Notes: generated by a model from the letters alone, not told the origin. A DNA stretch of 64,000 bases from an uncultured Bacteroidales bacterium (GCA_963789465.1 CAWBLL010000019.1:580787-644786), one strand, 5' to 3'; positions 21,027-30,952 are shown, counted from the first letter of the stretch. Numbers and translations are program-made.

Positions 21027-21947
21027 ATGAAAATCCTTGTAGCTACTGAAAAAGCTTTTGTTCCGGTTGCTGTTAAGCAGATCCGTGATGTGGTTAAATC
21101 ATCAGGTCATGAACTTGCCCTGCTCGAAAATTACAAAAATGTTTCTGACCTGTTGACAGCGGTCTCCGATGCAGACGCAATGATCGTAAGAAGCGATCAG
21201 GTTACAGCCGAAGTTCTGGATGCCGCCAAAAAGCTGAGAATTGTTGTCAGGGCCGGTGCAGGATACGATAATCTTGACCTCGCTGCATGTACTGCCCATA
21301 AAGTAGTAGCCATGAATACTCCCGGACAGAATTCGAACGCAGTGGCTGAACTCGCATTTGAAATGATGCTTTACCAGGCAAGAAACGGTTTCGGAGGAAA
21401 ATCGGGAACTGAACTCCGTGGAAAAACTATCGGCCTGCATGCATTCGGCAATGTTGGGAAATATATGGCGGAAATTGCAAAGGGATTCGGTATGGATATT
21501 TTTGCCTATGATCCGTTTATCAGCGGAGATGACATCACGAAGCAGGGTGTGAAAGTCTGCAAAAGCGTGGAAGAACTTTATTCAGTATGTCAGTACGTAT
21601 CACTTCATATTCCAGCCAATGATAAAACCAGGAAAACAATAGGATATGATCTACTCAGGAAAATGCCGGCAGATGCTGTGCTTGTAAATACCGCAAGAAA
21701 AGAGGTGATAGACGAGGAGGGACTCCTGAGAATATTTGAAGAACGTACCGATATCAAATACCTTTCAGATGTCGAACCTGACAGCAGAGCTCAGTTCGAA
21801 GAGAAATACAAGGGCAGGTTTATCTTTACTGCAAAAAAAATGGGAGCCCAGACTGAAGAGGCAAATATTAATGCGGGAGTTGCAGCCGCACGTCAGATTG
21901 CAGATTACTTCAAAACAGGAAACGAAAAATTTAAAGTAAACAAGTAA
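21027..21947 (+). CDS. serA: D-3-phosphoglycerate dehydrogenase (short D-2-hydroxyacid dehydrogenase type)
   Basis: MKILVATEKAF...IVRS...VVRAGAGYDNLD...GKTIGLHAFGNVGK...SLHIP...LVNTARKEV. It lies immediately after serC. Confidence 0.82.
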   Translation: MKILVATEKAFVPVAVKQIRDVVKSSGHELALLENYKNVSDLLTAVSDADAMIVRSDQVTAEVLDAAKKLRIVVRAGAGYDNLDLAACTAHKVVAMNTPGQNSNAVAELAFEMMLYQARNGFGGKSGTELRGKTIGLHAFGNVGKYMAEIAKGFGMDIFAYDPFISGDDITKQGVKVCKSVEELYSVCQYVSLHIPANDKTRKTIGYDLLRKMPADAVLVNTARKEVIDEEGLLRIFEERTDIKYLSDVEPDSRAQFEEKYKGRFIFTAKKMGAQTEEANINAGVAAARQIADYFKTGNEKFKVNK

Positions 21948-21965
21948 TAACAAATTACCAGATAA

Positions 21966-23216
21966 ATGTCAGTTGTCAAACCTTTCAGGGGGCTTAGGCC
22001 CCCTCGTGCTATTGCCGAAGACCTGGCTTGCCTCCCTTATGATGTGATGAATGCGGAGGAAGCAGGGAAAATGGCAGAAGACAAAGAATGTTCTCTTCTT
22101 CATATAACAAGGTCTGAAATAGATTTTCAGTCAGATATTGACACACACTCCGAGGCGGTATATCAGAAATCGGTCGAGAACTTCAAAAAATGGCAAAAAA
22201 AAGGATGGCTTGTTCAGGATAAAGCCCCTGCCTATTATATCTATGCCCAGACCATGGAAGGAAGGACCCAGTATGGAATAGTCGGATGCGCTTCGGTTGA
22301 CGATTATATGAACGGGATAATTAAAAAGCATGAGCTTACGCGTCCCGACAAGGAGCAGGACAGAATGGTGCATATACGAGCCAATAATGCAAATATAGAA
22401 CCAGTATTTTTTGCATATCCTGCAGTTAAAGAGATAGATGATATAGTGAGCAAAATCGTTGCCGGTGAAAAGCCCGAATACGATTTTGTTGCGGAAGATG
22501 GATTTGGACACCACTTCTGGCTTGTCAGACAGGAGGAGACAAACCGGCAAATTGAAAAACTGTTCGCCGAAAAGGTTCCCTTTACCTATGTGGCTGACGG
22601 CCATCACCGCACTGCCGCTGCAGCACTTGTTGGAAAAGAAAGGAGAGAAAGAAACCCTTCTCATAACGGATCGGAAGAATATAACTATTTCATGGCCGTA
22701 CACTTTCCGGATAATCAGCTTCGGATAATAGATTACAACAGAGTTGTAAAAGATCTTAACGGACTCACCACCCCTGAAATGATTGCAAAACTTGAAAAAG
22801 GTTTTATTGTTATTGAAAAGGGCACTGGAACATATAAGCCGTCGAAGCTGCATAACTTTTCAATGTATCTCGACGGTAAGTGGTACAGCCTCACCGCCAG
22901 GGAGGGAACATATGACGATGATGACCCTATTGGCCAACTTGACGTTACAATTCTCACCAACCAGATATTAAGTCCTGTTCTCGATATCCAGGATCTCAGG
23001 AGATCCAAGCGTATTGATTTTGTGGGTGGCATCCGGGGACTTGAAGAGCTTAAGAAGAGAGTCGACAGCGGTGAGATGAAAGTTGCCTTCGCACTTTACC
23101 CGGTGTCTATGAAGCAACTGATACTGATTGCCGATTCTGGAAATATTATGCCTCCGAAAACAACCTGGTTCGAACCTAAATTAAGAAGCGGACTGGTGAT
23201 CCATCTTCTTGACTGA
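21966..23216 (+). CDS. DUF1015-domain protein (function unknown)
   Basis: 416 aa: VKPFRGLRPPRAIAEDLACLPYDVM...YVADGHHR... is the pattern I recognise as DUF1015. It is co-directional with serC-serA and starts 19 nt after serA. Confidence 0.7.
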   Translation: MSVVKPFRGLRPPRAIAEDLACLPYDVMNAEEAGKMAEDKECSLLHITRSEIDFQSDIDTHSEAVYQKSVENFKKWQKKGWLVQDKAPAYYIYAQTMEGRTQYGIVGCASVDDYMNGIIKKHELTRPDKEQDRMVHIRANNANIEPVFFAYPAVKEIDDIVSKIVAGEKPEYDFVAEDGFGHHFWLVRQEETNRQIEKLFAEKVPFTYVADGHHRTAAAALVGKERRERNPSHNGSEEYNYFMAVHFPDNQLRIIDYNRVVKDLNGLTTPEMIAKLEKGFIVIEKGTGTYKPSKLHNFSMYLDGKWYSLTAREGTYDDDDPIGQLDVTILTNQILSPVLDIQDLRRSKRIDFVGGIRGLEELKKRVDSGEMKVAFALYPVSMKQLILIADSGNIMPPKTTWFEPKLRSGLVIHLLD

Positions 23217-23337
23217 TTGAATGTATTGCCTTAAATGCCCTTCCTTTTCTCTCTGTTCCTCCTGGCCGGCATTCCTTTTATTATACAGTTCAACAGGGAG
23301 AAAACCGATTTTTACAGAATAAGACGTCCTTTACTTT

Positions 23338-24018
23338 ATGTCAGAAATTGCCTCAAATATTATTTCCCTTTCCCGGTCGCTTCCCGGGTATGTAAAGCTT
23401 ATAGCTGTCTCAAAAACCAGGCCGGTTGAAGCCATTATGGAAGCTTATAATGCCGGACAGAGACGATTCGGGGAGAACAGAGTGCAGGAATTTCTGAGTA
23501 AAAGAGAACTTCTTCCTTTTGACATAGAATGGCACCTTATCGGCCATCTTCAGCGCAACAAGGTTAAATACGTAGTTCCATTTGTGGGAATGATCCACTC
23601 AGTCGATTCATTCAGACTACTATCCACTATTAATGCCGAAGCGTTAAAGATAAACAGGGTGGTGGATGTTCTTCTTCAGGTCCATATAGCCAGAGAGGAT
23701 ACAAAATTCGGATTCAACAGGGAGGAAATTGAAGAGATGATGAAATCGTCTGAGTTCCATGAACTTAAATCTGCAAGGATTTGCGGTCTTATGGGTATGG
23801 CAACGTTTACTTCCCACCATGAGAGGGTCCAAAAGGAATTCAGATCACTGAGCCAGTTGTTCAATGATCTGAAAAATAAATATTTTCAGTCAGATGAATA
23901 CTTCAGGGAGATTTCAATGGGAATGTCTGGTGACTATGAAGAAGCTATTAAGGAAGGAAGCACAATGATAAGGGTGGGAAGCCTGATTTTCGGAGAGAGA
24001 TCCGGGGTAGCCGGCTGA
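23338..24018 (+). CDS. yggS: YggS-family pyridoxal-phosphate homeostasis protein
   Basis: 226 aa: VKLIAVSKTRPVEAIMEAYNAGQRRFGENRVQE...WHLIGHLQRNK...MGMSGDYEEAI.EGSTMIRVGS.IFG. Confidence 0.9.
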   Translation: MSEIASNIISLSRSLPGYVKLIAVSKTRPVEAIMEAYNAGQRRFGENRVQEFLSKRELLPFDIEWHLIGHLQRNKVKYVVPFVGMIHSVDSFRLLSTINAEALKINRVVDVLLQVHIAREDTKFGFNREEIEEMMKSSEFHELKSARICGLMGMATFTSHHERVQKEFRSLSQLFNDLKNKYFQSDEYFREISMGMSGDYEEAIKEGSTMIRVGSLIFGERSGVAG

Positions 24019-24058
24019 AAGAGATCCTTCGGATAGTTCTTAGGACTACCATTTTTCC

Positions 24059-24610
24059 CTAATCCTGTTTAAGAATAAGTATAAGTTCCCTGGTCAGATT
24101 TGATTTTTCGTTTGAGGACTCAGTCGGATACTCTTCGATAATTTTTAATATTTCATTCTTTTTTGCCTTACCCAGCTCATGTACGGATTCCTCGATCACA
24201 GTCAGACATTCAAGTGCGGTTAAATAATCCGACTTAAGAAAAATATCTGCCAGATCGCGTGTGAAGTCGGAATAGTCAAGTCCGGATTGCCAGCAGGATG
24301 CTAAAAGCATAGTGATTGTTGCCTGTTTGAGTGGCTTTTTTATCTCCGTCATAATTTCCTTTCTGACAGACTGATCCTTAATATCATTCAGGAATCCTTC
24401 AATGTTTCTTTTAACCGGCATGTCCTCAGTATTGTCATAAAAAGATGCAAGCAAGCCAACAGCTCCCTCGAAAGGTTCCTCCTCTCTTAGCAGAGCTATT
24501 CCTTCGGCTATCAGCAGACTGTCGGTATTTGAGAGCAGCACTGAAAGTTCTTTCACTTTCTTGTCAGATCTTATCATTTCACGGATATTTTGTACAAAGG
24601 TATAAATCAC
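24059..24610 (-). CDS. Hypothetical protein, predicted by eye to be helical and possibly HEAT/ARM-like
   Basis: 183-aa ORF with coding-like composition and no overlap with neighbours. No motif recognised. Confidence 0.5.
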   Translation of the reverse strand: MIYTFVQNIREMIRSDKKVKELSVLLSNTDSLLIAEGIALLREEEPFEGAVGLLASFYDNTEDMPVKRNIEGFLNDIKDQSVRKEIMTEIKKPLKQATITMLLASCWQSGLDYSDFTRDLADIFLKSDYLTALECLTVIEESVHELGKAKKNEILKIIEEYPTESSNEKSNLTRELILILKQD

Positions 24611-24696
24611 ATCAATTACTTAAGGCGCTTTTTGAAAAATTAAAATAATATACTAATTTAGTGGGCAATTAGTTGTGACACCTAAAATTTTCTACC

Positions 24697-25616
24697 ATGA
24701 ATAAAAAATATGGAATTGGCACGGGTATCTTTGTGGGAATCTTTCTTCTTGCAAGTATTCTTACCTGCTGCAAGTCTGGAGGAAGGAAAGAATCAAAAGT
24801 AGGGGATACTGTGGAAGTTCCAAACGGCAATACAGCTGTTGTTGATGAACTTAAAAATGCTGAAAAAATCTTCAATGCCTTGCCCTCACCTCTGGAATCA
24901 GCCATGCTTATCAAATCAGCGGGAGCCCGTTTTGACCAAAGCCTGCTCAATCCTGTGAACAACACAGGTAATTATGTAACGAACAAAAGCATGGCCCTTA
25001 ATCTCGGTATATATACTTGCGATCTTAGTTTTGCCAGTCTTTATGAGCAAACCCAGCTGATAATAGATTACATGAATGCCGCCAAGAAGATGGCTGATGG
25101 TCTCGGCATTCTGAAAATTATTGATCAACCGACAATGGACAGGCTGGAGGAAAATATCAATAACAGTGAGGTAATAATGGAAATTGTGAGTGAAACATTT
25201 ATGAACTCAAGTTCCTACCTGGAAGATAACGGGCAGGCTGCTATTGCAGCAATAGTTCTTGTAGGCGGATGGTTTGAAGGGCTATATATTTCTACACAGC
25301 TTGTTGATATGGATGATTTTAACGGGAATAAACTTGTTGGCCGGATCATCGACCAGAAACTTTCCATCGATATCCTTCTGAATCTTCTCAATAACAATAA
25401 GGGTAATCCTTCAGTTGACGAGATCATTCTTCAGGTTAACAGGCTGAAGACAGTATTTGACAAGATACAATTACGACCTCACGGGTCAGACCAGAGTATG
25501 ACAAGAATTCGAATACAACGGTTCTCAAATCGGAAGTAAAAACGGATATGACACCTGCAGTATTTAAAGAGCTTGCAGCAGTGGTAGCTGAAATCAGAAC
25601 TTCATTTGTAAAATAA
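24697..25616 (+). CDS. Hypothetical lipoprotein, frame break near 25465
   Basis: Lipobox ILTCC after an N-terminal hydrophobic stretch. The ORF ends in an unnatural tail, while the +2 frame continues TITTSRVRPEYDKNSNTTVLKSEVKTDMTPAVFKELAAVVAEIRTSFVK to a TAA at 25614-25616. Confidence 0.55.
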
Positions 25617-25624
25617 CAATAGCC

Positions 25625-26067
25625 ATGAGAATATACAGAATCATCCCGATCCTTGCTTTGTTTATATTAGTCACTCTTAATGCTGAGGCTCAGTGCAAGG
25701 CTTTTGCAAAAAAAGTATGCCTGCCTGAACTTGGAAATTATATTCATGATGGTAATTATCATGCCGCGATTCTTGTTGAAGGAGAAGAGGCAGAACTTTA
25801 TAAGACATTTCTATTCCGATATGGATTACAGGGTTGCAATATGCGGGGAAGAAAAACTTCCCGAATATCGAATTCAGGGTCCTCGACGCAAACAAGAATG
25901 TCCTCTATTCAAATAAGGATGAAAATTATGCGACAACCTGGGATTTCAAGCTTCAGTCAAGTCAGCAGCTGAAACTGGTTATTAAAGTCAATTCGTTCAA
26001 TAAACCGGGAGAAGCACCTGCCAGCGGATGCGTATCAATAATGTTTGGATTCAAGGTGAAAAAATAG
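25625..26067 (+). CDS. Small secreted hypothetical protein, two frame breaks (about 25808 and about 25850)
   Basis: Signal peptide MRIYRIIPILALFILVTLNAEAQ. Three overlapping ORF fragments (25625, 25680 and 25834 frames) join to ...EEAELYKTF/YSDMDYRVAICGEEK/NFPNIEFRVLDANKNVLY...GCVSIMFGFKVKK. The second break is at a G4/A5 run. Confidence 0.5.
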
Positions 26068-26114
26068 TAGAGACGTTGCATGCCGTAGAGACGTTGCATG
26101 CAACGTCTCTACTA
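26067..26114. terminator. 28-nt perfect palindrome plus a duplicated half-site, at a convergent gene junction
   Basis: GTAGAGACGTTGCATGCAACGTCTCTAC at 26085-26112 is a perfect palindrome. TAGAGACGTTGCATGC is also present at 26068-26083 as a direct repeat of the left arm. It overlaps the uvrA stop codon. Confidence 0.7.
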
Positions 26115-28898
26115 TTTCAATTTCTCAGAGAAATACCTGCCGGTATATGATTCTTTGCATCTTACAAGATCTTCAGGTTTTCCCTCGAAAACGACATATC
26201 CTCCCTCTTCACCACCCTCAGGACCCAGATCAATGATCCAGTCGGAACTTTTTATAACTTCCTGGTTATGTTCTATAAGAACTACTGAATGACCATGATC
26301 TACTAGCGCATTGATTGATTTTAACAGTTTGTTGATGTCATGAAAATGTAATCCGGTAGTGGGTTCGTCGAAAATGAAAAGGATGTGTCCGCTTCCACGT
26401 TCCTGGCTCAGGAAATAAGCAAGCTTAACCCTCTGGCTTTCTCCACCGGAAAGCGTACTCGACGATTGCCCCATTTTGATATATCCCAGTCCTACATCGG
26501 AAAGGGGTCTGAGTTTTTCAATAATTCTCTTTTCACTTTTTCCAGGGTGCTCGCTGAAGAAATCAATCGCATCGTCAATTGTCATCTCAAGCATGTCGTA
26601 AATATTTTTGCCATGATAACGGACTTCCAGGATGTCTTTGCGGAACCGCATACCTTTGCAGGTCTCACAGGTAAGCTCAACATCCGCCATAAACTGCATT
26701 TCAACCCTTATGATGCCTTCACCCTGGCATTCCTCGCATCTTCCCCCCTCAATATTAAAGGAAAAGTGAGATGGTTTGAAATTATTCTGAACTGATGCCT
26801 GCTGTTCAGAATACAGCTTACGGATCTCATCATAAGCCTTCAGGTATGTGACGGGATTTGATCTGCTGGATTTACCGATAGGATTCTGATCCACCAGTTC
26901 CACAGACGTGATCCGTGATATGTCTCCTGTCATTTCCCTGAAGTGACCAGGCTTCAGATTATTCCCGCTGATCCTGTTTGACAGTACTCTGTAGAGGATA
27001 TCCGATACCAGGCTTGACTTGCCGGAACCGCTTACTCCGGTTACGGAAGTTATTATATGTAGCGGGAACCTGACATCGATTGATTTCAGATTGTTTTCCC
27101 TGGCCCCTTTTATCTCAATATAGCTATTCCATTTTCTCCTGCTGCGGGGCACAGGCACCGACAGTCTGCCGCTCAGATAACCGGCTGTGAGTGACTTGTT
27201 CGAATCGGTAAGGTCAAGGCCTCCCTGGTAAATGACTTCACCTCCGAGTCTACCGGCTTCCGGTCCCATATCAATTATCTCGTCAGCAGCCCTGATTATC
27301 TCCTCCTCATGCTCCACCACAAGAACGGAATTGCCCAGATCCCTTAACTCCCTCAAAACATTTATTAAAAGATTGGTATCACGCGGATGCAGACCTATGC
27401 TTGGCTCGTCGAGGATGTACATCGAGCCTACCAGATTGCTCCCCAGGGATGTGGACAGATTGATTCTCTGTGACTCCCCTCCCGATAAGGAGGATGAGAG
27501 CCTGTCGAGTGTAAGGTATGGCAAACCTACATCAATTAAAAACCGCAATCTTACAGTGATCTCCTTTAACAGACGTTCTGCAATTTTTGCATCTTCATTT
27601 TCAAGTTTAACATCCCGGAATATTTCATAAAGTTTTCCGACGGGGGTTGATACAAGATCCTGTATGGTAAACCCGGCAACCTTCACATACCCTGCCTCCT
27701 TTCTAAGCCTTGATCCTTTACACTCGGGACAGATAGTTTTCCCCCTATAGCGACTAAGGAGGACCCTGTACTGTATCTTGTATTTTTTCTCCTCCAGATG
27801 TTGAAAGAAGTGGTCAATTCCATAAAAATACCTGTTTCCTTTCCACACTAACTGTTTCTGTTCATCGGAAAGCTGATAATAGGGTTTATGTATAGGGAAA
27901 TCAAAGAGTTCCGCACTGGATATCAGCCTTTCCTTCCACTTCTTCATGGTTTCACCTTTCCAGCAGACAATAGCATCCTCATATACAGAGAGATTCTGAT
28001 TTGGTATTACCAGGCTCTCATCAATTCCGATAATCTTGCTGTAGCCCTCACAAACGGGGCATGCTCCAAGCGGGTTATTGAAACTGAAAAGATACTCGGT
28101 CGGTTCTTCAAAAATTATACCGTCAGCTTCAAACTTGTTAGAAAAACTTTCCCTGCGAACACCACTGTCGTCGAGTATAACCGCCTGGCAAAATCCCTTG
28201 CCGGTCAGAAATGCGGTTTGTGCCGAATCGGCAGCCCTGCTGAAATTGTCGGAATTATGGTTTATGACAAGCCTGTCAATGACAATATTCACACATTTCC
28301 CTGGCTTATAGGCTTCAAACGATGTTATATCCTCAAGTTTGATTATTTCACCTTCAACCTCGATTCGGCTGAAACCCTGCTTGACAAGAAAGGAGAAATA
28401 CTCGGATAGCTCAATGTTGTCAGGTACCACACCACAGGAGGTGATAATAACTTTGGTTCCTTCCTTGAGAGAGGCCAGAAAATCAACAATATCATCTACG
28501 CTGTGCTTCCTGACCTCCCTGCCTGAGACAGGGGAATAAGTGCGACCTATCCTTGCAAACAAAAGTCTCATATAATCATAGATTTCAGTCGATGTACCGA
28601 CCGTGGATCTCGGATTACGGCTGTTTACTTTCTGTTCTATTGCGATGGCAGGGGGTATACCGTTTATAAAATCAACCTCAGGCTTGTTCATCCTCCCAAG
28701 GAATTGCCTGGCATAGGAGGAGAGACTCTCGACATATCTTCTCTGACCTTCGGCATATATTGTGTCAAAGGCAAGCGACGATTTACCTGAGCCCGATACA
28801 CCCGTTATTACAACAAGCTTATCTCTCGGTATATTAATACTGGTATTCTTCAGATTATGTACCCTTGCCCCCTTGATCTCTATGAACCCCTGCATCAC
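26112..28898 (-). CDS. uvrA: Excinuclease ABC subunit A
   Basis: 928 aa: [52 protein letters not shown]. It has Zn-finger CxxC pairs, two ABC modules and a second [10 protein letters not shown]. Confidence 0.95.
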   Translation of the reverse strand: MMQGFIEIKGARVHNLKNTSINIPRDKLVVITGVSGSGKSSLAFDTIYAEGQRRYVESLSSYARQFLGRMNKPEVDFINGIPPAIAIEQKVNSRNPRSTVGTSTEIYDYMRLLFARIGRTYSPVSGREVRKHSVDDIVDFLASLKEGTKVIITSCGVVPDNIELSEYFSFLVKQGFSRIEVEGEIIKLEDITSFEAYKPGKCVNIVIDRLVINHNSDNFSRAADSAQTAFLTGKGFCQAVILDDSGVRRESFSNKFEADGIIFEEPTEYLFSFNNPLGACPVCEGYSKIIGIDESLVIPNQNLSVYEDAIVCWKGETMKKWKERLISSAELFDFPIHKPYYQLSDEQKQLVWKGNRYFYGIDHFFQHLEEKKYKIQYRVLLSRYRGKTICPECKGSRLRKEAGYVKVAGFTIQDLVSTPVGKLYEIFRDVKLENEDAKIAERLLKEITVRLRFLIDVGLPYLTLDRLSSSLSGGESQRINLSTSLGSNLVGSMYILDEPSIGLHPRDTNLLINVLRELRDLGNSVLVVEHEEEIIRAADEIIDMGPEAGRLGGEVIYQGGLDLTDSNKSLTAGYLSGRLSVPVPRSRRKWNSYIEIKGARENNLKSIDVRFPLHIITSVTGVSGSGKSSLVSDILYRVLSNRISGNNLKPGHFREMTGDISRITSVELVDQNPIGKSSRSNPVTYLKAYDEIRKLYSEQQASVQNNFKPSHFSFNIEGGRCEECQGEGIIRVEMQFMADVELTCETCKGMRFRKDILEVRYHGKNIYDMLEMTIDDAIDFFSEHPGKSEKRIIEKLRPLSDVGLGYIKMGQSSSTLSGGESQRVKLAYFLSQERGSGHILFIFDEPTTGLHFHDINKLLKSINALVDHGHSVVLIEHNQEVIKSSDWIIDLGPEGGEEGGYVVFEGKPEDLVRCKESYTGRYFSEKLK

Positions 28899-28947
28899 TC
28901 CCTTTTCTAACTATTTTAAAAAAAAATGCTAAATTCATGTAAAAATC

Positions 28948-28955
28948 CAAAAGTA
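28948..28955 (-). promoter_or_regulatory. Bacteroidota-type -7 box (TACTTTTG on minus strand) upstream of uvrA
   Basis: The plus strand reads CAAAAGTA, 50 nt upstream of the uvrA ATG at 28898. Confidence 0.4.
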
Positions 28956-29061
28956 ATACTTTCAAATTAAAAAAAATTGTTTTCTTTGTATTCAAACTAA
29001 TTCTAAAAAACGGAGGACTGCCTATAAAGAATCTCTACTCTGATTAATTAAAGAGAGAGTT

Positions 29062-29649
29062 ATGAATGAAATCAATTCCGATTATGAACTGATAATGAGG
29101 TTCATAAAAGGTGAGGAGTCTTGTTTTGAAGAACTAATCCACCGTCATAAGAACAAAGTTTTTGCGTATATAAACCTTTATATACGCGATCAGGCACTTG
29201 CTGAAGATATCTTTCAGGATACATTCCTGAAAGTTATTCAGTCTGTTAAATCCGGTCGCTATTATGATAACGGGAAATTTATCTCGTGGGTGATGCGAAT
29301 CGCCCATAATCTCATTATCGACCACTTCAGAAGGATCAAACAGATGAACACGGTGTCGAATGACAACTATGAATCCGATATCTTCAATTCCAGACGATTC
29401 TCAGATAGCAATGTCGAAGAGGACATGATAAAGCGCCAGGTGCAGAAAGATATAAGGAAAATGATAACCCATCTTCCGGATGATCAGAAAGAGGTGGTTA
29501 TATTGCGCCATTATGCTGGCCTGAGCTTTAAGGAAATAGCAGAAATAACGGATGTCAGTATCAATACAGCTCTCGGACGTATGAGATATGCACTGATCAA
29601 CCTCCGGAAGATAATGGATGAGAAACAAATAACACTCACTCTCAGCTGA
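29062..29649 (+). CDS. ECF-type RNA polymerase sigma-70 family factor
   Basis: 195 aa with region 2 (FEELIHRHKNKVFAYINLYIRDQALAEDIFQDTFLKV...WVMRIAHNLIIDHFRR) and region 4 (LPDDQKEVVILRHYAGLSFKEIAEITDVSINTALGRMRYALINLRK). Confidence 0.88.
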   Translation: MNEINSDYELIMRFIKGEESCFEELIHRHKNKVFAYINLYIRDQALAEDIFQDTFLKVIQSVKSGRYYDNGKFISWVMRIAHNLIIDHFRRIKQMNTVSNDNYESDIFNSRRFSDSNVEEDMIKRQVQKDIRKMITHLPDDQKEVVILRHYAGLSFKEIAEITDVSINTALGRMRYALINLRKIMDEKQITLTLS

Positions 29650-29745
29650 TCTTATTTAACTGCTTTTTCAGGGATTCGTTTTATTGAATTTTTTTTCTGA
29701 TTGTGCAATATTATTTTTTCCCGGTCGTTTCTATTTAAAAAAGAA

Positions 29746-29946
29746 ATGATGATGCCTATGGGATTAAATTCTACTCACTTTATTTCACATCATGAGATCA
29801 AAGTCAATGAAACAGACCTTATTGAAGATGCCTGGGGCTTAAATGCCCAGTTTTGTGATGTGATTGATCTTCTCTGTTACATCAAACCTGTACCGGAGCG
29901 GGAATTGACAGATAAACTGATCCAAAAAATCAGAAAAATGCAATAA
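29746..29946 (+). CDS. Small hypothetical protein downstream of the ECF sigma factor (66 aa, no TM segment)
   Basis: ATG at 29746 (MMMPMGLNSTHF...). It is followed immediately by a strong terminator, so it is likely co-transcribed with the sigma gene. No recognisable anti-sigma motif. Confidence 0.4.
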   Translation: MMMPMGLNSTHFISHHEIKVNETDLIEDAWGLNAQFCDVIDLLCYIKPVPERELTDKLIQKIRKMQ

Positions 29947-29982
29947 AGAAAAACACAGGAAAATTTTCCTGTGTTTTTCTTT
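29945..29982 (+). terminator. Rho-independent terminator
   Basis: AAAGAAAAACACAGGA-aaattt-TCCTGTGTTTTTCTTT forms a 16-bp perfect stem and a T-rich 3' arm. It starts at the stop codon of the small ORF. Confidence 0.85.
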
Positions 29983-30036
29983 ATATAAATATATTCAAAA
30001 TAATATCTTTGTGATATTAATATAATATCATAAGCT

Positions 30037-30560
30037 ATGAAAAATGAATTTACCGTAAAACCTGTTTCAGGGTATGTGGCACTTCTGCTGGCTATCCTCC
30101 TCCTCGGCGGTGCCATAGGGGGATTTCTCCTGGAAATGATCTGGCCGTGAGTAATATTGGCACTGCTGTTTATAATTACTATTCCGGGTTTACAGTCGTA
30201 GATCCTAACTGATCCAGTGTTTTAGTCCTGTTTGGGGCTTATAAGGGGACAATAAGGGAGAGACTTCAGATCGCCGGGATTGAAGTTATTGAAGCCAGGA
30301 TCAATTATATAGCTTATGCTGAGGAAATTGCAAACGCAATGCTGAGAAGGCTGCAGGCCTCCGCAGTTGTTTCCGCCAGGTTCAAAATCGTCGAGGGTGC
30401 GGTTTCAATGGTTGAGATGGCACTTGAGCAGTTGTCTGTAAAGAAAATTGTTGAACTGGATGAGGAGAAGAAAGCCGCAATGGTCAGCAACCTGATGGTG
30501 GTTCTTTGTGGTGATAAGGATGCTACTCCGGTTTTAAATGCAGGAACATTTAATAATTGA
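30037..30560 (+). pseudogene. SPFH / band-7 domain protein remnant (frameshift, in-frame TGA, about 150-170 codon internal deletion)
   Basis: The N-terminal TM segment MKNEFTVKPVSGYVALLLAILLLGGAIGGF stops at 30148. The next frame reads [24 protein letters not shown], with a TGA at 30210-30212. It then joins directly to the C-terminal tail [30 protein letters not shown]...[27 protein letters not shown]. The whole SPFH core between those segments is missing (junction about 30258-30263). Confidence 0.7.
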
Positions 30561-30561
30561 C

Positions 30562-30738
30562 ATGAGCGAAAAAAAACCGTTTGTTCTTAGGATTGATACG
30601 AAGAAGCTAAAGGCTTTGGAGAAGTGGGCTGCTGATGAGTTCCGCAGTACCAACGGGCAAATCGAATATTTACTCGATCAGGCACTGAAAAAATCAGGCA
30701 GACGGAGACCAAATTCGGAAAATTCCAAATCAGACTAA
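30562..30738 (+). CDS. Small Arc/ribbon-helix-helix-like DNA-binding protein
   Basis: 58 aa: MSEKKPFVLRIDTKKLKALEKWAADEFRSTNGQIEYLLDQALKKSGRR. A beta-strand followed by two helices would be the RHH pattern. The ORF is intact. Confidence 0.55.
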   Translation: MSEKKPFVLRIDTKKLKALEKWAADEFRSTNGQIEYLLDQALKKSGRRRPNSENSKSD

Positions 30739-30740
30739 TA

Positions 30741-30952
30741 ATGGACCAGATTTAAAGTACAAATGCCCCAAATGCGGGAACGGCCAGTACGAAACAGGTG
30801 AAATATGGGCTTCGGGCTCTTTCCTGTTAAAGTCAATAGGCTTGCAAAACTGAAGATTCACCTTTATATCCTGCGGTATGTGCCGTTTCACTGAGTTTTA
30901 CAAGGTACCTAAAAAGGAAATCGGGGAAACGGTAATTTTTAAGGCCAGGTAA
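30741..30952 (+). pseudogene. Zn-ribbon protein (DUF2082-like) remnant with a start-proximal frameshift and an in-frame TGA
   Basis: KYKCPKCGNGQYETGEIWASGSFLLKSIGLQN*RFTFISCGMCRFTEFYKVPKKE has two CxxC pairs typical of the small Zn-ribbon family. There is a TGA at 30851-30853, and the ATG at 30741 is out of frame by one. Confidence 0.55.

Noticed and set aside
30210-30853. Two in-frame TGA codons at positions where homologues have sense codons: possible TGA recoding
   Set aside because: TGA terminates many well-delimited genes here, including rpsA, the THUMP methyltransferase, DUF1987, the Hpt gene and feoB. Both affected genes also carry frameshifts or deletions, so they are pseudogenes rather than evidence of an altered code.
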